Assembly (NCBI RefSeq): GCF_000284115.1
Contig: NC_017080.1
Span: forward strand, 720,001 to 752,000
Direction of reading: 5' to 3'
Origin: Phycisphaera mikurensis NBRC 102666
GTDB lineage: Bacteria; Planctomycetota; Phycisphaerae; Phycisphaerales; Phycisphaeraceae
Length of the DNA stretch: 32,000 nucleotides
Both the position numbers and the translations under genes were made by a program. The notes beneath the pieces were generated by a model, which was not told the DNA's origin, did no database searches, and worked only from the letters and a program-made list of their open reading frames with translations. Shown in pieces: positions 1 through 9,388 of the stretch (position 1 is the stretch's first letter; every line of letters starts with the position of its first letter).

Positions 1-2
1 TC

Positions 3-566
3 GACCGCATCGTCGTCTCCTCCGACTCCGACGCGATGCTCGAGATGGCCGCCAACGCGGGCGCCGCCACCCACCGGCGGGCGCTGGAGTACTGCGACGA
101 GAAGACCCGCAGCTTCGGCGAGGTCGTCCGCCACATCGCCGAGAGCGTCGAGGGCGAGCACGTGCTCTGGGCCACCTGCACCTCGCCGCTCGTGTTCCCG
201 ACCGCCTACGCCCGGGCCTTCTCCGCCTACGAGCAGGCGCTCGCCGAGGGTTACGACTCGCTGATGTCGGTCTACACCTTCCGCCGCTACCTCTGGAACG
301 CGGAGGGCCCGCTCAACTACGAGCTGGGCCTCAAGCACGTGCCCTCGCAGCAGCTCCCGCCGCTGCAGTTCGTGACCGACGGCATCCTGATCGCGCCGCG
401 TCAGCGGATGATCGAGTGGTCCTACTTCCACGGCCCCAACCCGCACCGCTTCGAGGTCACCAAGCGGGAGGCCGTCGACATCGACGACACCCACGACCTG
501 CTGGAGGCCCGCGCCCTGCTCGACACCGACCCCTCGGTGATGGAACGCGACCCGTACTTCACGTAG
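3..566 (+). CDS. Acylneuraminate/CMP-sugar cytidylyltransferase-like protein, 3' part (truncated by window start)
   Basis: Open frame runs from base 3 (DRIVVSSDSDAMLEMAANAGA...) to TAG at 564-566. It has the typical 'VSSDSD' segment and a C-terminal 'EAVDIDDTHDLLEARALL' segment of the CMP-NeuAc synthetase family. Confidence 0.8.
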   Translation, partial: DRIVVSSDSDAMLEMAANAGAATHRRALEYCDEKTRSFGEVVRHIAESVEGEHVLWATCTSPLVFPTAYARAFSAYEQALAEGYDSLMSVYTFRRYLWNAEGPLNYELGLKHVPSQQLPPLQFVTDGILIAPRQRMIEWSYFHGPNPHRFEVTKREAVDIDDTHDLLEARALLDTDPSVMERDPYFT

Positions 567-639
567 CGCGGTCGCGAGGCCGCTCCACGTGCTCGGGAGA
601 GAATCGCAAGGAGCGAGCGGGCGGTGCCGTGCCGCCGTG

Positions 640-1425
640 TCAGGCGGCGGGCGAGCGCGTCGCGACCAGGTCCGGGTGCCGCGGCAGCCGCTGCGCTCCG
701 TCGGGCAGCCGCGGCCAGCAGGTCAGCATCGCCCGGTAGAACCGCATCCGGTCGCTACGCGTGATCCCCGCCGCCGCCGGATCGGGCGCTTGCGATGCCG
801 CCGCGTTCAGCGTCCTGAGCAGCGTGAGCAGCATCGGCAGCGACATCATCACCAGCGGGATCCCGCGGGCCCCCCGGAAGCCGGGCGTGTCGAGGATCCG
901 CACCTCGTCGAGCCCCGCGCCCAGCACCAGGTTGCTCGCCTTGTGGTCCCGGTTGCGGATGCGCTGGTAGAGGATCTTCCCCGTCAGCACGCCCGCCTGC
1001 CGCGTCACCCGGTGCCGCGTCGCCGGGTCGTCCAGCCGGCCCGCCGCGACGGCGTCGTGCAGGCTCGGCCCCGCGTGCGGCGTCGCCACCCACGAGCGGC
1101 CCTGCTCGTCCACGCCCGAGGCGATCACCGGCACCGTCGGCACGCCCGCCGTCGCCAGCTTCTCCGCCCACTGCACCTCCTTCTGCGCCGGATGAACCCC
1201 CAGCCGCCGCGTCAGCGCCTGCTTCCACCGCGGGTGCTCGTAGCGCTTGAAGACCTCGTCGCCGCTGCGCCAGACCGTCGATCGACCGTCGCGCTTGAGG
1301 ACCTGGCCGTCGCGGGGGGGCGGGGGGAGCTGCACGCGCGGAAGGTAGAGGCAGAGGGGCGCAGGGGCGGGGAGGCGGGGAGGCGGGGAGACGATCAGCT
1401 GAACCGACGCAGACGGCCGAAGCAA
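640..1425 (-). CDS. Lipopolysaccharide/Kdo kinase-like (WaaP/KdkA-like) protein; start uncertain
   Basis: ORF with 'VFKRYEHPRWKQALTRRLG...KEVQWAEKLATAGVPTVPVIA', 'LTGKILYQRIRNRDHKASNLVL' (HRD-like catalytic loop) and 'VRILDTPGFR' (DxG/D-like). The proline-rich first ~40 aa are probably not coding. Confidence 0.6.
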   Translation of the reverse strand: MLRPSASVQLIVSPPPRLPAPAPLCLYLPRVQLPPPPRDGQVLKRDGRSTVWRSGDEVFKRYEHPRWKQALTRRLGVHPAQKEVQWAEKLATAGVPTVPVIASGVDEQGRSWVATPHAGPSLHDAVAAGRLDDPATRHRVTRQAGVLTGKILYQRIRNRDHKASNLVLGAGLDEVRILDTPGFRGARGIPLVMMSLPMLLTLLRTLNAAASQAPDPAAAGITRSDRMRFYRAMLTCWPRLPDGAQRLPRHPDLVATRSPAA

Positions 1426-1501
1426 GCCGTCGCCTGCCCCTGCCTTGCTCTCTCCTTCGGTCTTCCTCCCGCTCTTCCCGCTGCTTTACCCTCCCGCCCC
1501 C

Positions 1502-2674
1502 GTGCGGATCTGCCTGTTCACCCCCACCTTCTATCCGCACGTCGGCGGCGCCGAGCTCGACGCCGACCTCATCGCCCGCGGCCTCGTCGCCCGCGGCCAC
1601 CGCGTCACGGTGCTGACGCAGAAGCTGAAGGCCGGCCCGCCGCCGGCCGACCTCCCGTACCCGGTGGCCTTCTACCGGCGGCTCTTCAAGCAGCACCGCC
1701 TGCCCGCTGCGCCCGCGCTCGCCCTGCACCGCCTGCACAAGCGGGAGCGATTCGACGCGGTGCTGGCCTTCTACAGCTACCCCTGCGGCTACGCGGCGGT
1801 GCGGTGGGGCCGCCGCGAGCGGCGGCGCGGCCGCGAGCGGCCCGGGATCGTGCTCTCGCCGCGCGGCGGCGACCTATACCCCCGCTTCCACGGGCTCAAG
1901 AAGCGGGGCGTGCCGGAGGTGATCGCCAAGGGATACCGCGCCGCCGACCGCATCGTCAGCATCAGCGCGTGGATCAGCGACCGCCTGCGGGAGGTCTGCG
2001 CCCCCCACGACACGCCGCCGACGACGGTGGTCTTCAACGGCCTCGACCTGGACGCCTGGGACGCGGAAGCGGCCGAGGCCCGGAAGCTCGCGCCGGTCAT
2101 CGACGGCCCCTTCGTGCTCCACCTCGCCCGCGTCGCGCCCGTCAAGCGGCAGGACCTCGCCGTGGACGCGGTGACCGAGCTGGCCGACGCGTTCCGCGCC
2201 CGCGGGCTCCGGTACGTCATCGTCGGCGAGGGCGAGCTGCTCGGGCCGCTGCGGAGCACCGTCGCCGAGCGCGGCCTCCAGGACGTCCTCTCGCTGCCCG
2301 GCACGATCGGCGGGCTCGAGAAGAGCTGGCTCTTCCACCACGCACGCTTCTTCTCGTCCACCTCCCGCGAAGAAGGGCTGGGCAACGTCACGCTCGAGGC
2401 CATGGCCAGCGGGCTGCCCATGCTCGCCAGCGACATCGGCCCGCACCGCGAGCTCATCGGCGAGGATCCCGCCACCTCCTGGGGCCGCCTCTGGAAGAGC
2501 GAGGATCTCCCCTCCTGCGTGGCCGCCCTGCGGGCGATGCTCGACGAGGACCTTGGCGTGCTGCGCGAGCGGGCCCTGCGGGAGCGGACCCGGTACACCC
2601 GGGCGGCGATGATCGACGGCTACGAGGCGGCGCTGGAAGCGGCCGTGGAGGACGCGGCGGGGGCTCCGCGGTGA
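1502..2674 (+). CDS. Glycosyltransferase family 4 / group 1
   Basis: Likely GTG start at 1502: VRICLFTPTFYPHVGGAELDADLIARGLVARGHRVTVLTQ. C-terminal donor site region 'FFSSTSREEGLGNVTLEAMASGLPMLASDIGPHRELIG' is typical of GT4. Confidence 0.9.
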   Translation: MRICLFTPTFYPHVGGAELDADLIARGLVARGHRVTVLTQKLKAGPPPADLPYPVAFYRRLFKQHRLPAAPALALHRLHKRERFDAVLAFYSYPCGYAAVRWGRRERRRGRERPGIVLSPRGGDLYPRFHGLKKRGVPEVIAKGYRAADRIVSISAWISDRLREVCAPHDTPPTTVVFNGLDLDAWDAEAAEARKLAPVIDGPFVLHLARVAPVKRQDLAVDAVTELADAFRARGLRYVIVGEGELLGPLRSTVAERGLQDVLSLPGTIGGLEKSWLFHHARFFSSTSREEGLGNVTLEAMASGLPMLASDIGPHRELIGEDPATSWGRLWKSEDLPSCVAALRAMLDEDLGVLRERALRERTRYTRAAMIDGYEAALEAAVEDAAGAPR

Positions 2675-2927
2675 GGTTCTCCGGGTGCCGGGGTGCGTCC
2701 GGGCGGTCGCTTCGCCTCGTCGCGAAGGACGCGAAGGCACGGGGGCACGGAGCGGAAGCAGGAGCGATGGATCCGCGGACCGTCGCCGTTTTCCCGCTTT
2801 CCGAGCGGCGGTCCGCGGCGCTGGCTCCGCTTCTCCGGGCGGACCCGACGCCTCCGCTCCGCCTGCGGTCCGCAGGCCGCCGTGGACGGGCGCACCCGGC
2901 GGGCGGAGCGCTGCCCGGAGCACCCGG

Positions 2928-3818
2928 GTGAAGTTCATCTACACCCTCGTCGACGAGGCCGCCGGCCGGTACAGCGACCAGACGGCCGCCTCGGTCGCGT
3001 TCCTCCGTCACCTGCACCCGGCGGCGACGATCGACCTCTGGGCGGATCCACCGACCGAGCGGGCGCTGCGCGACGCGGACCACCCGCTCGCCGCAGCGGT
3101 CGACGCGCTCCACGCCGTCGACACCGGCATGGCCTCGGCCCCGCTTAGGAGCCGGTGGCTCCGCACCTCGCTCGCCCGGCTGGTCGACGGCCCCTTCCTG
3201 ACCCTCGACGGCGACACGCTCTGCGTGCAGCCGCTCGGAGAGATCTTCGAGACCGCCGAGCCCTTCGCCGCCGCCAGCGACTGCCGCGCCGCCGATCCCG
3301 CCCTCGCCGTGAACCGCAAGGCCCGCGCGATGTCCGACGCGATGGGCTGGCCGCCGGCGCCGCGCTACTTCAACGGCGGCGTGCTCTACTTCGACGGCTC
3401 TCGGCGAGCCGCGGAGCTCGGCGCCGCCTGGCACCGCCACTGGCTCGCTTTCGCCGTCGAACGCGGCGTCGCCCACCTCGACCAGCCCGCGCTCAACCAC
3501 GCGATCCAGGAAACCGGCGTTCCCGTCCGCGTCCTGCCCCGGCCCTTCAACGCCATGTTCCACGAGCGGCCGGCGCACCTGCGCGACGCCCGCCTCTGGC
3601 ACCTGTTCACCAGCGTCCACCCCGACGCGGCCGAGGCCGAGACCGTCTTCGGCGAGGCCGCCCGCCTCGCCCGTGCGGGGAAGCTCGACGCCGCCGCGAT
3701 CCAGCGGGTCATCGACCGGCGCTGGCCCTGGACCACCGACCGCTCCTTCCGCCGCCGCTGGGCCGCCGGCGACCGCCTCGCCGCCTTCCGCACGCTTCTG
3801 CCGGTCCGCGGCCGGTGA
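2928..3818 (+). CDS. Putative glycosyltransferase, nucleotide-diphospho-sugar transferase-like
   Basis: Likely GTG start at 2928 (VKFIYTLVDEAAGRYSDQTAASVAFLRHLHP). Contains 'FLTLDGDTLCVQPL' (DxD-like) and 'RYFNGGVLYFDGSR', typical of GT8-like or nucleotide-diphospho-sugar transferases. Confidence 0.65.
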   Translation: MKFIYTLVDEAAGRYSDQTAASVAFLRHLHPAATIDLWADPPTERALRDADHPLAAAVDALHAVDTGMASAPLRSRWLRTSLARLVDGPFLTLDGDTLCVQPLGEIFETAEPFAAASDCRAADPALAVNRKARAMSDAMGWPPAPRYFNGGVLYFDGSRRAAELGAAWHRHWLAFAVERGVAHLDQPALNHAIQETGVPVRVLPRPFNAMFHERPAHLRDARLWHLFTSVHPDAAEAETVFGEAARLARAGKLDAAAIQRVIDRRWPWTTDRSFRRRWAAGDRLAAFRTLLPVRGR

Positions 3819-3937
3819 CCCGCTCTCCGCCGCTGGGTGCCCGCGGGCTCACGCCGGTTTCGGCCGCCCCGGCGCCGCCCGCGACGCGGGGCGAACCGGG
3901 CGCCGGGGGGGCCCGCGGTCGCTCCTCCCGCCGGCCG

Positions 3938-4600
3938 CTACCGGCTCGCCCACTCCATGCCGCGGAGCACGATCTCGCGGGCGGTGGGGTCGTCGAAGTC
4001 CGCCGGGGTGTGCCCCCAAGCGGCGCAGAACACCCGGCCGCTGCCCCAGGTCTTCGTCCACGCGTAGGGCATCACGACGCCCTGGCGGTACAGGCTCGGG
4101 TCCCCCGCGGCCTGGTCGAAGGTCGTCGTGCACAGCACGCGATTGCCGGGGTCGTGGTGGCAGTAGTACTGCTCGGTCGGCCCGAGCGTGAACGACGCCG
4201 GCAGCCCCCGCGTGATCGGGTGGGCGCGGTCGGTGACCGCGACGTCGTAGGTCAGGTGCTCGTTGCCGGGGTGGGCGACCCACTGGGCCCCGGTCATCCA
4301 CTGGTAGTCGCAGTTCGCCCGGAACGCGTCGACCATGCCGCCGTGGAAGCCGGCGATCCCGCATCCGCCGCGGATCAGCCCGTCCATTGCTTCCCACTGC
4401 TCCGTGGAGATCTCGCCCATCGTCCAGACCGGCACGAGCAGGCCGAGGCCCTCGGTGGCGTCCGCGTCGGTCAGCGTGTCGAGCGTGTCCGAGACCGTCG
4501 CTTCGTGCCCCCGGTCCCGTAGCAGCCCGGCGAAGAGCTCGGCGCAGGCCGCGGGGTGGTGACCGTCCCAGCCGCCTTGGATGAAGAGGATCTTGCTCAT
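3938..4600 (-). CDS. ThuA-like domain protein
   Basis: MSKILFIQGGWDGHHPAACAELFAGLLRDRGHEATVSDTLDTL...IAGFHGGMVDAFR...YQWMTGAQWVAHPG...; typical ThuA/trehalose-utilisation-like pattern. Sits inside the overlong track ORF 3938..5320. Confidence 0.85.
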   Translation of the reverse strand: MSKILFIQGGWDGHHPAACAELFAGLLRDRGHEATVSDTLDTLTDADATEGLGLLVPVWTMGEISTEQWEAMDGLIRGGCGIAGFHGGMVDAFRANCDYQWMTGAQWVAHPGNEHLTYDVAVTDRAHPITRGLPASFTLGPTEQYYCHHDPGNRVLCTTTFDQAAGDPSLYRQGVVMPYAWTKTWGSGRVFCAAWGHTPADFDDPTAREIVLRGMEWASR

Positions 4601-4658
4601 CCGCGGACGGTACCGCCGCCGGAGCCGCGGGCCGCCGGTGCGGGCTAGCGTCCGGGCG

Positions 4659-4907
4659 ATGGCCCGCTCCTTCCCCCTCCGTGCGGCGGCCGCGGCCGCC
4701 GTGTCCGTCGTCGCCGCCGGCGCGGCCGCCTGCCCGCTGTGCGACACCGGCACGGGCGCCGAGGTCCGCGCCGGCCTGGTCGACGAGCACCTGCCGGTGT
4801 CGGTCGCGGCGGTGGCATTGCCGCTGGTCGGGGCCGGGCTTGCCCTGGGCGCCGTCACGCTGCTGCCCTCGTCGGGCTCCCGCGCCCGCGGACCGGAGGC
4901 CGCGTGA
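4659..4907 (+). CDS. Small putative membrane protein preceding the DUF2243-like gene
   Basis: MARSFPLRAAAAAAVSVVAAGAAACPLCDTGTGAEVRAGLVDEHLPVSVAAVALPLVGAGLALGAVTLLPS; its TGA overlaps the next gene's GTG start (GTGA), suggesting translational coupling. Confidence 0.5.
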   Translation: MARSFPLRAAAAAAVSVVAAGAAACPLCDTGTGAEVRAGLVDEHLPVSVAAVALPLVGAGLALGAVTLLPSSGSRARGPEAA

Positions 4908-5434
4908 GCGAAACCGGCCGACGGTCCGCGGGCTCGCCCGCTCCGCCCGCGTCCGCCCGGGCCTCCGCCCGCCGGTCCCGCCGGCCGCTGGTGATCGCCG
5001 GCCTGCCGATCGGCATCGGCATGGGCGGCTTCGTCGACGGGATCCTCTTCCACCAGATCCTGCAGCTCCACAACATGCTCTCGGCGATCCGGCCGCCGGA
5101 CACGCTGGTGAACGTGGAGATCAACATGGTTTGGGACGGCCTGTTCCACGCGGGAACCTGGGCCTTCACCGCCGCGGGCATTTTCCTCCTGTTCCGCGCG
5201 GGCAAGGCCCCCGACGCCGCCTGGTCCGGCCGCACGCTCGGCGGGGCGGTGCTCGCGGGCTTCGGCCTCTTCAACCTGATCGAGGGCGTGATTGACCACC
5301 ACCTGCTCGGCGTGCACCACGTCGTCGAGCGGCTCGGCCCGAGCGTGTACGACTGGCTCTTCCTGGCCAGCGGGGTGCTGCTGCTCGCGGTGGGCGTCTG
5401 GCTCGTCAAGACCGACCGGCCCGCCGCCGCCTGA
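4904..5434 (+). CDS. DUF2243-type multi-pass membrane protein
   Basis: GMGGFVDGILFHQILQLHNMLSAI...FHAGTWAFTAAGIFLLFR...LGGAVLAGFGLFNLIEGVIDHHLLGVHHV; this conserved pattern is characteristic of DUF2243. Probable GTG start at 4904. Confidence 0.85.
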   Translation: MSETGRRSAGSPAPPASARASARRSRRPLVIAGLPIGIGMGGFVDGILFHQILQLHNMLSAIRPPDTLVNVEINMVWDGLFHAGTWAFTAAGIFLLFRAGKAPDAAWSGRTLGGAVLAGFGLFNLIEGVIDHHLLGVHHVVERLGPSVYDWLFLASGVLLLAVGVWLVKTDRPAAA

Positions 5435-5480
5435 TGCCGGGCGGGCCGGCGTCCCGCGGCCCGTCTACCCTCGCCGCGCC

Positions 5481-6410
5481 ATGAGAAGACGCGCGAACCG
5501 TCTGGTCCATCTGGCGGCCGTGGCCGCGGCGGCGGGCCCGGCGGGCGCCGCCACCGCCGAGGCTCCCGCGGCCGCTTCCGTGGCTCCCGCGCCGCCCGCC
5601 GCCGCGTCGACGCCGGAGGCCCTCGCCGCCGCCGACGGTCCGGACCGCGACAACGGGTGGTTCCCCGCCGGAACGCTCTTCCGCCCGTTCGCCGCCGACC
5701 GGCGGTGGCCCCGGTTCGAGGCGGGGCTGGAGCACTACGAGGGGTCCGCCAACCTCGGCAACGCCTACGCGGTGGGGCTTGGCGGCACCCTGCCTTTCTG
5801 GCGGGCGGAGTCGGGCGACCTGGAGGCGGGCCTGCAGGCGGGCGTCTTCTCCACCTTCGACCGGGACGCCCCGAGCCTCGACCTCTACAACAGCGACTAC
5901 GTCGCCGCGGCCTACCTCTCGGGCCTCCGCGGCCGCACGGCGTACCTCGTCCGCGTCCTGCACATCAGCACCCACCTCGGCGACGAGTTCGTCCTCGAGA
6001 ACCCGGAGGTCGAGCGCGAGAACTTCAGCATCGAGCGCTTCGGTGCCTTCCTCTCGCGGGAGTTTCTCCCCGCCGAGCCGCTGTCGCTGCGGGCCTACGC
6101 GGGGCTGGGCGTCCTCATCGGCGAGCCCAAGCCGACGGACTGGGGCCACGGCCGCGTGCAGTGGGGGCTGGAGGCCCGCCACCCCGCCGCCGGCAGGGTC
6201 GACCTGCTCGTCGCGGCCGACGTGCAGCACGAGGACGCGCGCGGCTTCCAGCCCGACCTCAGCGTCGTCGCCGGCCTCGAGCTGCCGACGGGCCGGCGCA
6301 ACACCGCGCTGCAGCTCCTCGGGACGTACTACATCGGCCGCAGCCCCAACGGCCAATTCTGGCGCGACAGCGTCCAGATCGTCGGCCTCAAGGCGGGCCT
6401 CGCCTTCTAG
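5481..6410 (+). CDS. DUF1207-like outer-membrane-associated protein
   Basis: Ala-rich signal-like N-terminus, then 'LFRPFAADRRWPRFEAGLEHYEG' and repeated beta-strand-like segments such as 'HISTHLGDEFVLENP' and 'GLELPTGRRNTALQLLGTYYIGRSPNGQFW'. Confidence 0.7.
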   Translation: MRRRANRLVHLAAVAAAAGPAGAATAEAPAAASVAPAPPAAASTPEALAAADGPDRDNGWFPAGTLFRPFAADRRWPRFEAGLEHYEGSANLGNAYAVGLGGTLPFWRAESGDLEAGLQAGVFSTFDRDAPSLDLYNSDYVAAAYLSGLRGRTAYLVRVLHISTHLGDEFVLENPEVERENFSIERFGAFLSREFLPAEPLSLRAYAGLGVLIGEPKPTDWGHGRVQWGLEARHPAAGRVDLLVAADVQHEDARGFQPDLSVVAGLELPTGRRNTALQLLGTYYIGRSPNGQFWRDSVQIVGLKAGLAF

Positions 6411-6591
6411 AAATGCGCGGGCCGGGGTCGCGCACCCGCAAGTGCGGCCGGCCGCGGAAGCTGCACGCGGCGCGCCCCGTGTTTACCCTTAGGTTGCCAA
6501 GGGTGAACCCGCATCGCCGACCGCGGGCGAGAACCCCTCGCCCTCCACCTCTTGGAGTCGGCGGCGAATCTTTCTTACCCGAGACCTTTTC

Positions 6592-8139
6592 ATGCTCAGT
6601 GCTCGTGTTCGGTCGGGTGCGACGCGCCTCCTGCGGATCGGCGCCGCGGTCGCGGCGGTGGCCGCCGCTCCGGTCGCGGCGCAGCCGGTGAGCACGGTCG
6701 CCGGGCTGCGTGCGGCGGTGGCGGCGGCGTCCGACGGCGACGTCGTGGAGCTCGCCGCCGGCGACTACACGCTGGCGTCTTCGCTGCAGATCCGCTCGGG
6801 CGTGACGCTCCGCGGTGCGGGCACCGGGCGCACCACGCTGCGGGCGGCCGACGGCTGGCGGCCGGCCTTCGGCGGCAGCCTCGACGACGGAACCAACTTC
6901 CGGCGCCTGGATCCCTCCGCCTACCTCATCGACCTCGGCCGCGGCGTGAGCGATGGGGCGCGGATCGAGGGGATGACGCTCACGGGTGCGAACCTGCACG
7001 GGGCGGTGGCCGGCGTCGCCACCGACCGCTTGGCCTTTGAAGACCTGGAGGTCCGCGACTTCGGCTGGAGCGGGATCCGGCTGTTCATCTCCAACGACTC
7101 GGTCTTCCGCGGCAACGCCTTCCACAACGCCGGCGGCCGCGCGGGCGGGCCCGGGGTCAAGAGCGGTCCCACCGGCGGGGCGCTGAACCTCACGTACCTC
7201 AAGACCAGCGAGATCGCCAACAACCGCATCACCCGCGACCCCGGGAGCGACAACGTGTTCGGCGTGAAGGGGCGGGAGTTCCGCGACGTCGACGTCCACC
7301 ACAACACGATCGACACGAACTTCGCGATCGAGCTGCCCTTCGAGAACGACGAGCGGGTCACGATCCGCCACAACTTCCTCGACGGCACGGTCAGCCTGCC
7401 CAAGTTCGGCGGCGGCCGCGAGAACATCGGCCCCGAGGGCTCCGACAGCGCCTTCGAGATCCACCACAACGTGCTGACGCGGGCCTACTCCATCGAGGGC
7501 ACGCGCAACAACCTGGACGTGCACCACAACCTGTTCTCGATCGACCCCGACGACGACGGCGGCAACCTGATGTCCAGCTTCGGCGGCGGCTTCAAGGGCG
7601 TCGTCGGCGGGCCGGTGAGCTTCCGCGACAACCTCATCGACAACCCCGGCCGCGGCATTTTTTGGAGCGACGAGCCCCACGACAATTTCGAGTTCATCCG
7701 CAACCACGTGCGTCTCGACGAGAGCGAGCCCAACCCTTTCGGCACCGGCCTGTTCGGCTTCCGCGTGAGCCAGGACGACGGGGAGGGCGGCCGCTCCGAG
7801 ACAGACTTCTCCACCCTCACCCTCGCCGACAACCTCTTCGAGGTTCTTGGTGGGGAGGACGCCACCCGCGAGCTGTTCCGCAATCCCCAGAGCTTCGCGG
7901 CCCGCGTCGAGAACAACGATTTCGACGGCATCACCTTCACCGCGGCCCCCGAAAACTTCGACTTCGCCGCCTTCAACCCCGACACCGGCGCCGCCCGCGG
8001 CCCAAGCGGCCCGCTGGTCTTCCACGCCGGGGTCGGCGGCGAGTACGCCGTCGACGGCTTCTCCTTCACGCTCGTGCCCGAGCCGGCCGCGGCCGCGCTC
8101 GTGCTCGCCCCGCTGCTGGCGCTGCGGCGACGCCGCTGA
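6592..8139 (+). CDS. Secreted right-handed beta-helix protein, polysaccharide lyase family 6 / chondroitinase-B-like, with PEP-CTERM tail
   Basis: 'AAASDGDVVELAAGDYTLASSLQIRSGVTLRGAG', 'FRGNAFHNAGGRAGGPGVKSGPTGG...NLTYLKTSEIANNRITRDPGSDNVFGVKG' and many beta-helix rungs; C-terminal 'LVPEPAAAALVLAPLLALRRRR'. Confidence 0.75.
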   Translation: MLSARVRSGATRLLRIGAAVAAVAAAPVAAQPVSTVAGLRAAVAAASDGDVVELAAGDYTLASSLQIRSGVTLRGAGTGRTTLRAADGWRPAFGGSLDDGTNFRRLDPSAYLIDLGRGVSDGARIEGMTLTGANLHGAVAGVATDRLAFEDLEVRDFGWSGIRLFISNDSVFRGNAFHNAGGRAGGPGVKSGPTGGALNLTYLKTSEIANNRITRDPGSDNVFGVKGREFRDVDVHHNTIDTNFAIELPFENDERVTIRHNFLDGTVSLPKFGGGRENIGPEGSDSAFEIHHNVLTRAYSIEGTRNNLDVHHNLFSIDPDDDGGNLMSSFGGGFKGVVGGPVSFRDNLIDNPGRGIFWSDEPHDNFEFIRNHVRLDESEPNPFGTGLFGFRVSQDDGEGGRSETDFSTLTLADNLFEVLGGEDATRELFRNPQSFAARVENNDFDGITFTAAPENFDFAAFNPDTGAARGPSGPLVFHAGVGGEYAVDGFSFTLVPEPAAAALVLAPLLALRRRR

Positions 8140-8280
8140 TCCGCTCCGCTTCTCCAACTTGCACTCGCACCCACCTCCCGACCCGCCGGGCGCAGCCCGA
8201 GCGGCCGCGCGTCGAGACCACCGAGAAGCAAGCAAGATCCGCGGACCGTCGACCTCCGGAGCCGCCTCGCTCGTCGGTCC

Positions 8281-8650
8281 GCGGCTGGGGCTTGGCGGCG
8301 TGCGGGCAGCGCTTCGCTCAATCGCGGAGGAGACAGAGGGAGAGGAGAAGGCAGAGCCGAGAGAGCGGGGGTTGCCCCGCCCTGTAGAAACCTCTGTTCT
8401 GCGTTCGCGGAACCGCACCTCGTGCGACGGAAATGTTGCCTTCGATGGCCGGATCGCCACGCGATCCGGGCCGGACTGCCGAGGAGCGTCATTCGAGCGG
8501 AAGGTCTGCGGCTTCAACGGGCCCGGTCTGCGTGGCAGACCGGCGATCGCGGGCATCGAATGACGCCTCCCCGACCGCGTGCGAAGGGGGCGTCACGATT
8601 TGGACCGTGCAGGTTTCTTGCGGGTTCGGACCGAAAGATCGGGGGTTGTC
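8281..8650. repeat. Long direct repeat A, copy 1
   Basis: Starts gcggctgggg...gcgggcagcgcttcgctcaatcgcggaggagacagagggagaggagaaggc...; near-identical to 9389..9758, ending ...accgtgcaggtttct...agatcgggggttg. Confidence 0.9.
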
Positions 8651-8710
8651 CCCGTTTCGGACCCGTTTCGGACCGCATGGGATCCGCTTCGGTTCGCGTA
8701 AGCTGAGGTC

Positions 8711-8935
8711 ATGCCGGCCGGCGTCCAGATCACCCCGAACGTGTGCCACGGCAAGCCCGTCATCGCAGGCACCCGCGTGTTGGTGTCCACGGTGCTCGGT
8801 GCGCTCGCGGGCGGGGATCCGGTGCAGGCGGTGGCGGATGACTACGGGTTGACGCCGGAGCAGGTCGCCGCGGCGCTCGCATTCGCCGCAGAGCTCGCGG
8901 ACGTGCCCACGCTGGCGTACGACGGGGCCGCGTGA
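8711..8935 (+). CDS. DUF433 family protein, putative antitoxin (VapB-like)
   Basis: MPAGVQITPNVCHGKPVIAGTRVLVSTVLGALAGGDPVQAVADDYGLTPEQVAAALAFAAELAD; the 'GKPVIAGTRV' motif is diagnostic of DUF433. Confidence 0.9.
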   Translation: MPAGVQITPNVCHGKPVIAGTRVLVSTVLGALAGGDPVQAVADDYGLTPEQVAAALAFAAELADVPTLAYDGAA

Positions 8936-9297
8936 ACTTCCTGCTGGATGAGAACTTTCCGAAGGCGGTGCGTCCGGCTCTGGAGCGGGCGGGTCATCGC
9001 GTGATTGACTTCCGTGAGGTCGGCATCCGCGGGTCCGACGATGAAGCGATCATGACGCTCGCGGCGCAGGAGGACGCCGTTGTGCTCACGACGGACCGCG
9101 ACTTCTTCCACACGCTCGGCCGGGAGCCCGGTCACCCAGGCCTCGTGGTGGTTGCGCTCAAGCAGCCGACGCGGGAAAAGATCCTCGCCCGCCTCACCTG
9201 GCTGATCGAGCGCGTCGGCGAAGACCACCTCCGCGGCCGTGCTATTCAGCTCCGCGACCGAGCGTGGCAGGCGTACCCGCCGCTGGACGAGGGATGA
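8932..9297 (+). CDS. DUF5615 PIN-like protein, putative toxin
   Basis: GTG start overlaps the antitoxin stop (GTGA). (M)NFLLDENFPKAVRPALERAGHRVIDFREVGIRGSDDEAIMTLAAQEDAVVLTTDRDFF; typical DUF5615 motifs. Confidence 0.88.
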   Translation: MNFLLDENFPKAVRPALERAGHRVIDFREVGIRGSDDEAIMTLAAQEDAVVLTTDRDFFHTLGREPGHPGLVVVALKQPTREKILARLTWLIERVGEDHLRGRAIQLRDRAWQAYPPLDEG

Positions 9298-9388
9298 ATG
9301 TTCCTGTCACCTTCGCGGACCGTCACCTTCGCGGACCACCTTCGCGGACCAGACCGTCGCGGATTGCGGCCTCTCTGCCCGACGGTCC

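Noticed and set aside
589-2931. 780-aa plus-strand ORF across the kinase-like and GT4 genes
   Set aside because: Composition-driven open frame with no recognisable domain; real genes occupy other frames.
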